Of a stretch of DNA of 64,000 bases, positions 50,987-63,755 are shown one piece after another. The translations under genes and the position numbers were made by a program. Below the pieces are notes generated by a model. It did no database searches, was not told where the DNA came from, and saw only the letters and a program-made list of their open reading frames with translations. This DNA comes from Haliotis rubra (lineage: Eukaryota), in assembly GCF_003918875.1 (NCBI RefSeq), contig NW_025766503.1, positions 310,001-374,000 on the forward strand, in the 5' to 3' direction. Every line of letters starts with the position of its first letter. Position 1 is the stretch's first letter.

Positions 50987-51339
50987 GCAGTGCCCTTGGT
51001 GTTGTATATGTATATATATATATATATATATATGTATGGTTCATGAATAATATCCCGACATTGTACAAAAGTCCTTTCAAACTATTATCGGCTGAATATT
51101 TCCATACATTTCCATGTGTGTTTCACAGGACTATGTTGTCCAAAGTAAAAAAATGATTGTTTTCACAAAACGTAAAAGTTTAGGTACCCAAATACTGCAG
51201 TCTACCCCTGACCTTGGTACTTCTGTAATGTCATAACTTTGTTATGAGCCGAAATATCTTATTTGAAATAGCAATGATGAGTAATTGGGAATAAAGGCAC
51301 TTCCTCATTGTTAAACGTGACCAGGCGCCTGATCTATAC

Positions 51340-52025
51340 AGGAGGTGAGTTGGCAGCACTGGGCACTGGACCCTGCAGCTACACACATATCCAGTACACA
51401 GGTGACCAGTTGGCAGTGTTAGACACCGGACCCTGCTTCTTCACAGGAGACCAGTAGGCAGTGCTAGACACTGGACTGTGAATCTACACAGTTGATGAGT
51501 TCACAGCACTAGGCACTGGACACCGTAACCTATGCTTGTTGTATGAAGGAACTACAACGGCCTGACTGTAATGGGATTGTGTGGTCAGGCTCGCTGACTT
51601 GGTTGACACACATCATATCCAAATTGTGTATATTGATGCTCATGCTGTCGATCACTGGATTGTCTGGTCCAGACTTGATTATTTGCATCTACACAGGTGA
51701 CCAGTATGTAGTAGGCAGTACTAGGCACTGGACCGTGAATCTACACAGGTGACCAGTAGGCAGTGCTAGACACTGGACCCTGCTTCTTCACAGGTGACCA
51801 GTAGGCAGTGCTAGACCCTGCTTCTTCACAGGTGACCAGTAGGCAGTGCTAGACACTGGACCCTGATTCTTCACAGGTGACCAGTAGGCAGTGCTAGACA
51901 CTGGACCCTGAATCTACACAGGTGACCAGTATGTAGTACTTGGCACTGGACCCAGAATCTACACAGGTGACCAGTAGGCAGTGCTAGACACTGGACCCAG
52001 AATCTACACAGGTGACTAGTAGGCA
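51340..52025. repeat. Minisatellite of about 44 bp interrupted by a + strand family B SINE fragment (about 51530-51685)
   Basis: acacaggtgaccagtaggcagtgctagacactggaccc units on both sides of the SINE fragment. Confidence 0.85.
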
Positions 52026-52839
52026 AATAGCAGGAACACATTTGTTTTTTAATAGAGGGTGATTGAGTTGGCATGACTTTAGCTGGAGATGGACATAGTC
52101 GATCAATGCACTTATTATTAGGAGCACTTTAAGCCCAACTTACCATTGTTTGCATTTGTACACCCAAGTTATCTCTTCTGTGACACTGTTGCCATTATCA
52201 CCACGAAATTTCCTTTGCAGTTTAAAAAAAAAAAGGAGCCCTCAACATGTCATTTATTTGATGTTCTTGAAAAATGATGAGCAGAGCTACAGTCCATGCA
52301 AACAACTGCGACATATGTAATGATGATTGTACTTTTGCTGACAGCTCATCAAACAGTGTCCTGTATCCATTATCTGTACAACTGAGGAACAGTATACAAG
52401 TTGGAAACTGGAACATTAGAATTGTTAAAACAGATGATTAAAATGAACTGCCAATAACGACATTACAATCTACAATCCTGAGAGCCTTCCTGTCTTCATT
52501 ATGTTTATATCAATTTCATAAAGATATTTATACAATATGCTATACATTTTGTGTTACTCCACATTCACTGGTACCTGGTCACAGGTGATTGTCCATGCAA
52601 GTTACAATTAGTGGTGGAGATGTGTATGGCATCAACAACAGTGATTCTGAACTATTTCAGAATTTACCATGATAAAAAATTATTACAAATAGAATAATTT
52701 ACAAATATATAAATATGGTTTAATGTGTCTGTATAAGAACAACAGAAATAACCAACCCCTAAACAATATCAGGTTTATGATGACGATTTTTGGAACTGGG
52801 TTGCTGGTGTCTCTCGCCTGTACATTGTCACTATGGCTC

Positions 52840-53370
52840 CTGGTGTTTATCAGCCGCACATTGTCACCTGTCATCTGTACATTGGCACCTGGTGTCTATC
52901 AGTTGTACATTGGCACCTGGTGTCTATCAGTCGTACATTGGCACCTGGTGTCTATCAGTTGTACATTGGCACCTGGTGTCTATCAGCTGTACATTGGCAC
53001 CTGGTGTCTATCAGTTGTACATTGGCACCTGGTGTCTATCAGTCGTACATTGGCACCTGGTGTCTATCAGCTGTACATTGACACCTAGTGTCTATCAGTT
53101 GTACATTGGCACCTGGTGTCTATCAGTTGTACATTGACACCTGGTGTCTATCAGCTGTACATTGACACCTTGGCACTGGTGTCTATCAGCTGTACATTGA
53201 CACCTTGGCACTGGTGTCTATCAGCTGTACACTGTCACCTTGGCACTGGTGTCTATCAGCTGTAAATTGTCACCCTGGCATCTGTTAGCTGTACACTGTC
53301 ACCTTGGCACTGGTGTCTATCAGCTGTAAATTGTCACCCTGGCATCTGTTAGCTGTACATTGTCACCTTG
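52840..53370. repeat. Minisatellite of 28-33 bp (tgtacattggcacctggtgtctatcag)
   Basis: Directly visible. It begins at the 3' edge of the candidate exon 53367-53396. Confidence 0.92.
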
Positions 53371-53396
53371 TCTCCATGCTGAGTAACATCCATGCA
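53367..53396 (-). CDS. Candidate micro-exon of unidentified gene 3 (CMDVTQHGDK)
   Basis: Good tatatttcag acceptor in phase 0. It either uses a weak gtgaca donor or reads through to TAA at 53351-53349. Confidence 0.35.
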
Positions 53397-53419
53397 CTGA
53401 AATATAAATGCAATGATCA

Positions 53420-54830
53420 GTTTCATGACATCCTTCCCATTACCCGGGCACACACTGTATCCTAGTGTACAGTACATACCTTGTCCCTGTACAGTTTCTT
53501 GACATCCTTCCCATCACCCTGGCACACACTGTTCCCTAGTGTACAGTACATACCTTGTCCCTGTACAGTTTCTTGACATCCTTCCCATTACCCTGGCACA
53601 CACTGTTCCCTAGTGTACAGTACATACCTTGTCCCTGTACAGTTTAATGGCAGCCTTCCGATCACCCTGGCACATGCTGTTCCCTAGTGTACAGTACATA
53701 CCTTGTCCCTGTACAGTTTCTTGACATCCTTCCCATCACCCTGGCACAGACTGTTCCCTAGTGTACAGTACATACCTTGTCCCTGTACAGTTTCTTGACA
53801 TCCTTCCCATCACCCTGGCACAAACTGTTCCCTAGTGTACAGTACATACCTTGTCCCTGTACAGTTTCTTGACATCCTTCCCATCACCCTGGCACACACT
53901 GTACCCTAGTGTACAGTACATACCTTGTCCCTGTACAGTTTCTTGACATCCTTCCCATTACCTTGTCACACACTGTACCCTAGTGTACAGTACATACCTT
54001 GTCCCTGTACAGTTTCTTGACATCCTTCCCATTACCTTGTCACACACTGTTCCCTAGTGTACAGTACATACCTTGTCCCTGTACAGTTTCTTGACATCCT
54101 TCCCATTACCCTGGCACACACTGTTCACTAGTGTACAGTACATACCTTGTCCCTGTACAGTTTCTTGACATCCTTCCCATTACCTTGTCACACACTGTAC
54201 CCTAGTGTACAGTACATACCTTGTCCCTGTACAGTTTCTTGACATCCTTCCCATTACCCTGGCACACACTGTTCCCTAGTGTACAGTACATACCTTGTCC
54301 CTGTACAGTCTCTTGACATCCTTCCCATCACCCTGGCACACACTGTTCCCTAGTGTACAGTACATACCTTGTCCCTGTACAGTTTCTTGACATCCTTCCC
54401 ATCACCCTGGCACATGCTGTTCCCTAGTGTACAGTACATACCTTGTCCCTGTACAGTTTAATGGCAGCCTTCCGATCACCCTGGCACATGCTGTTCCCTA
54501 GTGTACAGTACATACCTTGTCCCTGTACAGTCTCTTGACATCCTTCCCATCACCCTGGCACACACTGTTCCCTAGTGTACAGTACATACCTTGTCCCTGT
54601 ACAGTTTCTTGACATCCTTCCCATCACCCTGGCACATGCTGTTCCCTAGTGTACAGTACATACCTTGTCCCTGTACAGTTTAATGGCAGCCTTCCGATCA
54701 CCCTGGCACATGCTGTTCCCTAGTGTACAGTACATACCTTGTCCCTGTACAGTTTAATGGCAGCCTTCCGATCACCCTGGCACACACTGTTCCCTAGTGT
54801 ACAGTACATACCTTGTCCCTGTACAGTTTC
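53420..54830. repeat. 74-bp minisatellite made of an exon 3' end plus donor site, 19 donor copies
   Basis: The - strand ctgtacagggacaag|gtatgt recurs from 54811 to 53479, a span of 1332 bp (18 x 74). Confidence 0.95.
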
Positions 54831-54910
54831 ACCACGCACAGCTTGACACTACTGTTCTTCTGATATTGACCGAGACTTGGGTAGGACACTGCTGACAACC
54901 ATCTCAGTGC
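54812..54910 (-). CDS. Exon of unidentified gene 3 (ALRWLSAVSYPSLGQYQKNSSVKLCVVKLYRDK)
   Basis: 99-nt unique open island between two satellites, bounded by ctgcag and gtatgt, phase 0-0. Confidence 0.6.
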
Positions 54911-55029
54911 CTGCAGACATACAACCAGTTAATGATACCAGTGTAGTTACAGGTAAACATGATGGTTGTTAGACTATTATCAATGAACGAATGTGAACCA
55001 ATAGAGGTAAAAATCTCAGCATTTGTGCT

Positions 55030-56470
55030 ACCCTGAAGTGTTAACCTAGTGCTATGTTGGAACACCCCTTGGGCTACTCTGAATTTGTTAACCTTGTACT
55101 ATGCTGGAACACCCTTGGGCTACCCTGAATTTTTTTACCTTGTGCTATGCTGGAACACCAATTGGGCTACCCTGAATGTGATATCCTTGTGCTAAGTTGG
55201 AACCCCCTTGGATACCTGGAATGTGATAACCTTGTGCTATGGTGGAACATCCCTTGGATACCCTGAATGTGATAACCTTGTGCTAAGGTGGAACACCCCT
55301 TGGATACCCTGGAATGTGATAACATTGTGCTATGGTGGAACACCCCTTGGATACCCAGAATGTGATAACCTTGTGCTACAGTAGAACACCTCTTGGATAC
55401 CAGGAATGTGATAACATTGTGCTATGGTAGAACACCCCTTGGATACCCAGAATGTGATAACCTTGTGCTAAGGTAGAACACCCCTTGGATACCCAGAATG
55501 TGATAACCTTGTGCTGTGGTAGAACACCCCTGGATACCCAGGAATGTGATAACCTTGTGCTCAGGTAGAACACCCCTTGGATACCCAGAATGTGATAACC
55601 TTGTGCTACGGTGGAACACCCCTTGGATACCCAGAATGTGATAACCTTGTGCTCAGGTAGAACACCCCTTGGATACCCAGAATGTGATAACCTTGTGCTA
55701 CGGTGGAACACCCCTTGGATACCCTGAATGTGATAACCTAATGCCATGGTGGAACACCCTTAGGCTACTGTGAACATAACCTTGTGCTACGGTGGAACAC
55801 CCCTTGGATACCCTGAATGTGATAACCTTGTGCTCAGGTGGAACACCCCTTGGATACCCAGAATGTGATAACCTTGTGCTGTGGTAGAACACCCCTTGGA
55901 TACCCAGAATGTGATAACCTTGTGCTAAGTTGGAACACCCCTTGGATACCCGGAATGTGATAACCTTGTGCTACAGTTGGAACACCCCTTGGATACCCTG
56001 AATGTGATAACCTTGTGCTCAGGTGGAACACCCCTTGGATACCCTGAATGTGATAACCTTGTGCTCATGGTGGAACACCCTTAGGCTACTGTGATGATAA
56101 CCTTGTGCTATGGTGGAACACCCCTTGGATACCCTGAATGTGATAACCTTGTGCTACGGTGGAACACCCCTTGGATACCCTGAATGTGATAACCTTGTGC
56201 TACGGTGGAACACCCCTTGGATACCCTGAATGTGATAACCTTGTGCTACGGTGGAACACCCATTGGATACCCTGAATGTGATAACCTTGTGATAGGGTGG
56301 AACACCCCTTGGATACCCTGAATGTGTTAGCCTTGTATGTGGAACACCCTGTGGATACCTTGAATGAATCAGCATGGAGCTCGTGGTGAAGACCCTGTCG
56401 ATACCCTAAATAGTTCAGGCTTGTACAAATGGAAGAACACCACTGTGCTACCCTGAATGTGTGAGCCACT
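55030..56470. repeat. Minisatellite of about 46 bp (ccttggataccctgaatgtgataaccttgtgctacggtggaacacc)
   Basis: About 30 units, degenerating at both edges. Confidence 0.95.
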
Positions 56471-56637
56471 AGGTAATGGTGGACAGTAACTAAAGTGCAT
56501 GTTTGAACGCTGTGTTAATGGTTGAACACTTTTTGAATATCCTGAACGTAGCCTGTGGATATGTTGGAATACACTGTCACTAATCACTGAATACCATAAG
56601 GCCTACCTGAATGTGTGAGATGTAATGTACGACCTAC

Positions 56638-56768
56638 CTCTAGTTCTTCAGTATTAGAAGATGGGATCATTTCACTGGCACAGATGTCTGACAAACTCGA
56701 GTCAGCATTGACTGATTCCTCCAATGAATCGTCTGTCCATAGTTGAATGTCAGAGTCACTGTCTGGTC
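56638..56768 (-). CDS. Acidic exon of unidentified gene 3 (PDSDSDIQLWTDDSLEES...EELE)
   Basis: cttccttcttggtacccag acceptor and GAG|gtaggt donor. The phase-0 end fits exon 54910. Confidence 0.55.
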
Positions 56769-56851
56769 CTGGGTACCAAGAAGGAAGTTGAGAGAAACTT
56801 TGGCAGTTTGTACGTGTACAATGACAAAGCAAAGGATGTTCTATGGTAAGA

Positions 56852-56899
56852 GTGAGTTTAGTTTTACGCCGCACTCAGCAATATTCCAGCTATATGGTT
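56852..56899 (-). mobile_element. 5'-truncated family B SINE (tail only)
   Basis: 10-bp TSD tatggtaaga (56842-56851 and 56900-56909). Confidence 0.75.
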
Positions 56900-57231
56900 T
56901 ATGGTAAGAACATATGCAGTACTGATTACTGCAGGACAATATAGATTTGTGGGTTTTAACAACAATTATTTAACAAGACTCTCAGGAACATTCTAGCTTT
57001 GGCTGGGACAATATAGTGATTGACATCATGAGCACTTGATCCATGCATCTGGGATATCATGAGATGCAAGTCATCTTGATCCTTCTCATGACACACATAG
57101 GGTGCTGGGGACCTACCTTCTTACCCAGCACCTCTACAGGTTGAAGGCAACATGAATAAAACAATGGTAGACATATTTAAGCAGAACATAAAGAGTAAAC
57201 AACATATCTGTCAGCATACTGGGAAACAGAC

Positions 57232-57280
57232 CTCTCACAATGTGACCGGCAGGGGCAGACGTTGATGTTTTACACACACC
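57232..57280 (-). CDS. Candidate exon of gene 3 (GVCKTSTSAPAGHIVR)
   Basis: ttatttacag acceptor. The weak gtctgt donor was chosen because it gives the required phase 1. Confidence 0.3.
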
Positions 57281-57766
57281 CTGTAAATAAACAACAGACA
57301 ATGTAGCAGGGAAGGACAAGGAAAGGGCTTTAGTGGGATACATATAATGAAGGCTATGCAGCACAGTAGTTTATATGGAGCCAAGTGAATGAGTGAATGT
57401 TGTTTTGCTCCTGATAGTTTGGTGAATATCAAGACATAGAGCCATGACCTGAGTGATGGGTATAACACGCTTTATGATTATAGTTAGTCACAAAACTATC
57501 ACCATTCAAATACAGCAGCACCAATCTCACCTCAGATCTTAATGCTCACTGTCACTACACATCGATCGCAGGACATCAATAGGATTTGATTTTCACTGAC
57601 TAATTTATGTGTGGCGTTACCTCTCTTAATCCATCATTAATATGTGATAACATGCACATGGCTGACCAAGCACAGACACACTGATATACTGATGCCTTAT
57701 GCTGATTAGTATCAGATTTTATTCATATACAACAGAGAAAAAAAACCATCTCTGAGACAGTTTCTC

Positions 57767-58438
57767 AACAAGCATCGTCACTAAGGTGACATAATCCCCC
57801 ACCGCACATTATCAAATTAAAAAAGTAATGAAAGTGAAGGTGAATGTCAAATGTCAACAAAAACATAACCAGGTAGCTTGCTCTGTAGTTGTTCAAACAC
57901 ACAAATATTTTCAAGACTCAGTTTGACCCTGACATAAATGTCATGGTGTATGAAATATGCAAAAACAGTAATAAAGACATTGCTTATCAAAAACATTTAA
58001 GAGAAGCCTTGAAAGTCTATGAAGAAAATCCAGTGAACCGTTCTTGTGATATCTCGCTGACAAGCTTAACATGCAGGTTAACATGCTGAAATCTTCAAAG
58101 TGTCGCTGTGACTTTGAAAATTATGGTCACCAAATCAACTGGGCTCTGCGCCTTCCCTAGATGAAGCTTGGCGTAGACTATGAAGAAAATCCAGTAAACA
58201 GTTCTTGAGATATCTCGCTGACAAGGGTAAAACGTTAAAGTCCCCTTGTGACCTTGAAATGAAGGTCAAGGTCTCCAAACCTGACTGGCATCTTTCGCAT
58301 ACTGTGATGAACCTAGGTACCAAATACGAAAAGAATCTAGTCAACGGTTCTTAAGATATTCCAATTTGTACGTACAAATGGACGGAGCCTAATACTATAT
58401 CCCCCACTTCGCACTAAACGCGTGTCAGGGGATAATAA
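57767..58438 (-). mobile_element. HINE/Helentron-like non-autonomous element
   Basis: aacaag end, hairpin gtcactaaggtgac, subterminal atcccc/ggggat inverted motifs and internal degenerate repeats. Confidence 0.45.
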
Positions 58439-58661
58439 ACAGAAAAAATGGTGAGGGTGGTTGCGACTGAGGTCCAGAAATCAAAGAGCAATTTCTCAGC
58501 TGTGAGACAAATAGCTTCCAACAGGGGAGATCTGGGTGTGGCATAAATGGCAATACAAACATGACAGAATGACAATATTGTCTTGTGACATTAATTGCAC
58601 TACAAGGGGATTGGAATCTGCTCCTATTATCAATACCTAACTCTGTAACATTTATGGCTAG

Positions 58662-58708
<47 letters not shown>
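58662..58708. repeat. (GT)n(GA)n compound microsatellite
   Basis: Directly visible. Confidence 0.95.
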
Positions 58709-58709
<1 letters not shown>

Positions 58710-59735
58710 TGAGTTTTGTGGAGAAGCATGTACAATATGAATGAACCCCCCTAAAATTTATGTAGAAAATAAGTAACCCCCCTGCATGTCATGTACAAAA
58801 TCAATGACCCCCCTCCCCTTCCCATAACTTCTAAGCATAATTTTAAACATATTTTTATGTACAAAATTGATGACCCCCTTAGTATGTGTGTACAAAATTG
58901 ATGACCCCCCAGAACAAAATGGGTGACACCCCCCTTAAAATCATCATCACCCCCCTAGCCATAAATTATGAACGGTCCCTAAGCAACAATTCTTGGTATA
59001 GGGCTTGCATCATTCATCATTCATCCACGTGCTTTAACTATAATAGTTCAGGGCGAAAGTGTGCTTTATTACACTATACATGGTGGTAGAGCGAACAGTA
59101 TTTCTTTTCTAAGATGCCAAATTTAATACTTTCTAAGGATAATTACGATTAATCCAAGGCAGAAAACAAACGACGGTGTGGGTGACCTAAATTAAGAATC
59201 CTCGCACAGGGCTAACTGGCATTCTGTTCTATTGATGTGTCTGCCTCCTTACGTTAAGACGAACGTTACCAGAAAAACAAATGATAAACAGTTTGATGAC
59301 GGTTTACGTTCGGATAAAATATCTTCTTGAAATAATTTTAATTACATCTGTGATTAACTTAAACCAAATAGGGCAATATGAATGTCGCATTTCTACTACC
59401 AACATAAGTTTAGATCAGTACATCCAGATGAAGCTGAGTGGTGAAGCGACATTCCACGATTACATTGTGGGAATGCAAACACTGCAAATGTTACCGTGTC
59501 GCTGAAAACTTGTGAGTAGAATTGAGACATTTTAACTGCAAACCAAGAAACAGGATGCAACGGATTAGTTTACTGTAGGAGGCTGTACAAGGCGATGACA
59601 ACTAACATGCAAAATAGTTTGATTACGAGGGGTCAGACTAGAATGGTGCAGTGACGCCAATATTGTGACATAAAGCAAAAAATGCACATTATCGTCTGAT
59701 AAAGTACAGTTGGCGCCTTTGATCTTTCACCGAAG

Positions 59736-59904
59736 GGGCGGTGGGGTAGCCTAGTCGTTAAAGCGTTGGCTCGTCACGCCGAAGGCCAGGGTTCGATTCC
59801 CCACATGGGCACAATGTGTTAAGCCCATTACTGGTGTCCCCCGCCGTGATATTGCTGGAATATTGCTAAAAGCGGCGTAAAACTAAACTCAGTCAGTCAG
59901 TCAG
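59736..59904 (+). mobile_element. tRNA-derived SINE (family A), full length
   Basis: A box tagcctagtcg, B box ggttcgattcc and 12-bp TSD ctttcaccgaag (59724-59735 and 59905-59916). Confidence 0.92.
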
Positions 59905-60432
59905 CTTTCACCGAAGCATCTTAGAATTTGACAGATTTACTGACATTCTACTTCCCACATCATGTCACAGATTCCCTTGCTTGTTGATACTGATCAGTCA
60001 TGTTGAAAACTGACAAAGCCACTATAATGGTAACCACAGTGGCTGAAGTATCCAAACATTACCTTAGCATTCTGTCATTCAACTTAATTTCTGGGTATCA
60101 GATGTAATAATGATACATGCAGCAATGGCTTAGCAATGATAAAAGTATTAATGTCATGAATATTGCAGCCATGTTTGTTGTCGGGTAAGAATGCTGTTGT
60201 AGAGCATATCGTAAATAGAACAATCACAACAAGTCAAAAGAGGTAGTTCAATCAAAAATCAAAATTTGCAAGCAAAATGCAAAATATTCTAAATTGCCTA
60301 CCACACTGATTTGATGCATATTGACAAAAGAAATGACACATCATAGAGCAAAACTCTTCTTTACAATATGGCTGTTATAGTGGTTCTCTTATTATATGTT
60401 TCATCTTGTAAACATGCAAATGGCTGGCATAC

Positions 60433-60556
60433 CATGACTTGCCCTGTGACCTGTGACCCCTGTGTGGTTCTGTCACTGCTGCTGGAGATAATGCAGACCT
60501 GAGATGGGTTCAGGTCAGCAGGAGGGTCGGCAGAGAGGTCAGCTGTCATGCAGGCC
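60433..60556 (-). CDS. Candidate exon of gene 3 (ACMTADLSADPPADLNPSQ...GQVM)
   Basis: GC-richer open island bounded by tatgtag and gtatgc. Confidence 0.35.
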
Positions 60557-61398
60557 CTACATAGAGCAACAACATCCAAACATCAACACAACAAATTCTA
60601 CTCCATCATGTGTGTACTGTCAACTGTACACCTACATACTAAGGCCAAATTTATTTTTTTTAAATGTCCATTTCCGGTTACCCGACAACCCTATTCTAAC
60701 CCCAACCATCATGACTGGAGTGCATATTTCAACTCATCATTTTTATCCAAATCAAGTGGGATATTTTCATGTTTTCCAGTGTGCGTAGGGCTAAAATGGA
60801 TTGCATTGAATTGGCATAATGGGCTCTCACTGACAAAACCTGCAAATAAATAACATGAATAATGATTTCATACAGATATCTTTCAATGTTTCATCACAAG
60901 GCATGGTCAAGCATGACATGGTATCCTTGAAGACATTCTCAGGTGCCCACCTGGTGCTACTAAACAATAAAAAAGTAAAAAAAGAAGAAGATAAAATCAA
61001 CCCACCTACCCTATATTTAAAAAGCATGTAATAGGAAACTGACATACTGGGTTTTTTTTAGCCTAATGGCTTTAGTCTGCTTTGTCTCTGAACATACATA
61101 ATTCTGACACAAACAAATTACTCCATTCAAAAGGAGCCCCAGTGAGCTCTGAGATTCTGAACCTGAGGAATCTAGTCTTGCTTCATCTAGTGCTTTAGCA
61201 TTGCAGGAAGGGTTGGACGGAAGGGAAAATAATGTGGTTCTGGGACTGTGAGACAGACTACGTTGTTTGATGAATCTGAGAGAGTGAATCAAGTTGCACA
61301 AGCTCTGAATTGCAATATATTTCAGAGGAAAACTTGGCGCACAAGATTGATTATTTGGAGAATGTATGTTAAAATTCGGTAACATCAACATAGCTTAA

Positions 61399-62474
61399 AG
61401 GTCACATGCAACGTAAAACACAACTTTGCAGATTCTGATACCTTTCGGTATGGACTTACCGAAACAAATCATCAAAAATGCAAATTCAACTTATAAAGTT
61501 GAAAAATAACGCGATGAAAAAACCGCGCGAAATCGGAGTTCAAACGATCACTAATTTTCCCCAGACTTTTCGGGGGAAAACTGGTTTCAACAGCTGGGCT
61601 GCGCTCATAGCACATGCGCAGTGAAATAGGATTGCGCAACTTGGAAGCGGGCTGTCTGGTGAATACTCGGTGAAGGCTTTGGTGTGAGCTATTTTCCTAA
61701 TGTTTTGTTGATATCTCACAGGCGCGAGCTTTTTATATGTTATGACAGTAAATAAACTGTTTATATAATTTCATGTGTCTATTTCACCACACGTTCTTCT
61801 TACCGAGTCACTTTCTCAGTTCGATACTTAAAAGCAATGTCATTATTTAGCGTTGACAGAATTTCTAACTGTGATATAGATATGTCGTTGTCACAGACAA
61901 AACTCAATGTCTTGTTTTATTGACACCTGTGTGTCTGCCTGCCTGCCTGTCTGCTAATGACAATATTCAATACACAGCTGCGATCACTGACCACATGCAA
62001 TTTGAACTTAACACCAATCAGGCTATACACCATAAACAAAACGCATTGATTTATGGCCCGAGTTTGGTCTCTGTCACATTATGTAATTACACGGACATGC
62101 AGGTGTGATACTTGAACACAAGACATGTTATGATGTCTGTTGATTGCAAAATGTTATACACAAAAAAATGAGCATGTATTTACAAAACCCAACAGCTCTA
62201 TATATACACACACAATGAGCCGTGAGGGAATCTGCAAATGAACCAGCCGTTACACTTAAGTGCACACCCACCCGCTCTGACTGGGTTCGGTATCCCGGCT
62301 GCTTCGTTTCTTGGTAAGTAAACCCAAGTACACAATATTGCACTTTTGATTTGCGATTGTACGCTGATAATTTTGTTTATATGTTTTTTTCATAACCAGC
62401 AATGTATATTATATGTCATGAATAAGTGATAATTGTGTTTTAATTATGTTTGATTTTTTGGTTGCATGTGACCT
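61399..62474. mobile_element. Non-autonomous DNA transposon, Kolobok-like
   Basis: Perfect 14-bp TIRs aggtcacatgcaac/gttgcatgtgacct flanked by TTAA on both sides. AG termini with TTAA fit Kolobok better than piggyBac. Confidence 0.8.
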
Positions 62475-63371
62475 TTAAGTTTTGCTGCTTGTCTGCCACC
62501 TACTGTGCTGCCTACAGGGTAACATAGACCTCAAACTGTCAAACACTGAAGTGTACTCGACAACAAGACAGTACAAAGGTCACTTAATTTTCTCTCGAGA
62601 TGTTTGCACGGGACAGCTGACTACATAATTTTGTGTCTCAGTGAAGTGGTTGAAGTATAAGACTACACTGAATTGTTAGATTGTGATCTCTGCCCCATTT
62701 CACCAGAAAATGTACTGCCTCAGTAAACGTTTTTGCCACTTTTTCCATCCTAATTAAAATCAATATCTGCCCAAATGTTACAATGTCTGTGATATCAGCA
62801 TTAAAAAGCTCCAAATGATGAAACATGACTTCATCCATGTTTAACAGACATTGTTTAAATGTTTTCTTTGGCAGGGTGCAAAAAGCTGCCAAGGTCATGT
62901 AACAGAGCTACAGGTTCCAAATCATTAACTTGTGATTTATGACAACCATCGTAGAAGTTGTAAAGTTGTAATGTAGGTGATACAAGTGAATTCTGTTTTA
63001 CTGTTTTAGATTGAGGGTCATCATCCTTCGAAAAACAAAATGCCCTCTTTCTCACTTTTTAAAAAGTCAAATCGATGAAAACCTTATGCTGTATTTATTA
63101 AAGTATGGTTTGGACTTTTATTTTGGGTACATAAAAAATGTGGATATGCAGACCAAAACAGATCTCTGCTGAGTTCTGAACCTGCCGTTTCAATATATAC
63201 AAATGTTAGGCTTTAAATCATTTCAGCTATAGCCAATGAGATTTAGTTAGTTTTGTCATGTGGCATTGTAGAATAGAGATAAATAATCTGTGCTTTAAAA
63301 TAAAAGTTTTGAGCTTCATTTTGGTAGCTGAATATACTTAAATTCAAAATGTCTTGCATTTACTGGTGATC

Positions 63372-63755
63372 AATATGAAATTTTTAGAGTAAAATTAATA
63401 TTTTTATACTTATCCTGACTCATGCTTATTTGCTTGTCTTCTTCTTCTGGCGAACCTAGTGGAACACTTGTATCTCCCAATTGAAGTTCCCTTCAATAAA
63501 AAATCACTCATTAGTACTCACCACAAGTGACCTCCCTTCTGCAAGCGCAGGAACGAGGGCGCCACCCAAGCCCATGTGCCTCACTCTCTCCTTTTTTGTT
63601 TTGAGCCCAACACTTTATTTTTCCCGAGAAATCCAAAGTGTTAAATGGGGAGGACGGGAGGGCTTACCTCATGAGTCAGGATAAGTATAAAAATATTAAT
63701 TTTACTCTAAAAATTTCATATTTTTTCTTATCCTGACTCATGCTTATTTGCTTGT
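63372..63755. repeat. Insertion flanked by a 29-bp direct duplication and a 53-bp inverted copy of the flank
   Basis: Direct: 63409-63437 equals 63727-63755. Inverted: 63372-63424 versus 63670-63722. Confidence 0.85.

Noticed and set aside
59736-59810. tRNA gene (also 29700-29771)
   Set aside because: The A/B boxes continue into a SINE body and tail with TSDs, and there is no clean acceptor stem or terminator.
61017-61391. Further upstream exon of gene 3
   Set aside because: The candidate donors give phase 0, while the 60556 exon needs phase 2, and there is no clear acceptor.
62638-63055. Two overlapping - strand ORFs that look protein-like
   Set aside because: No recognisable motif or convincing splice sites. 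It may be a decayed coding relic, but I cannot support a call.
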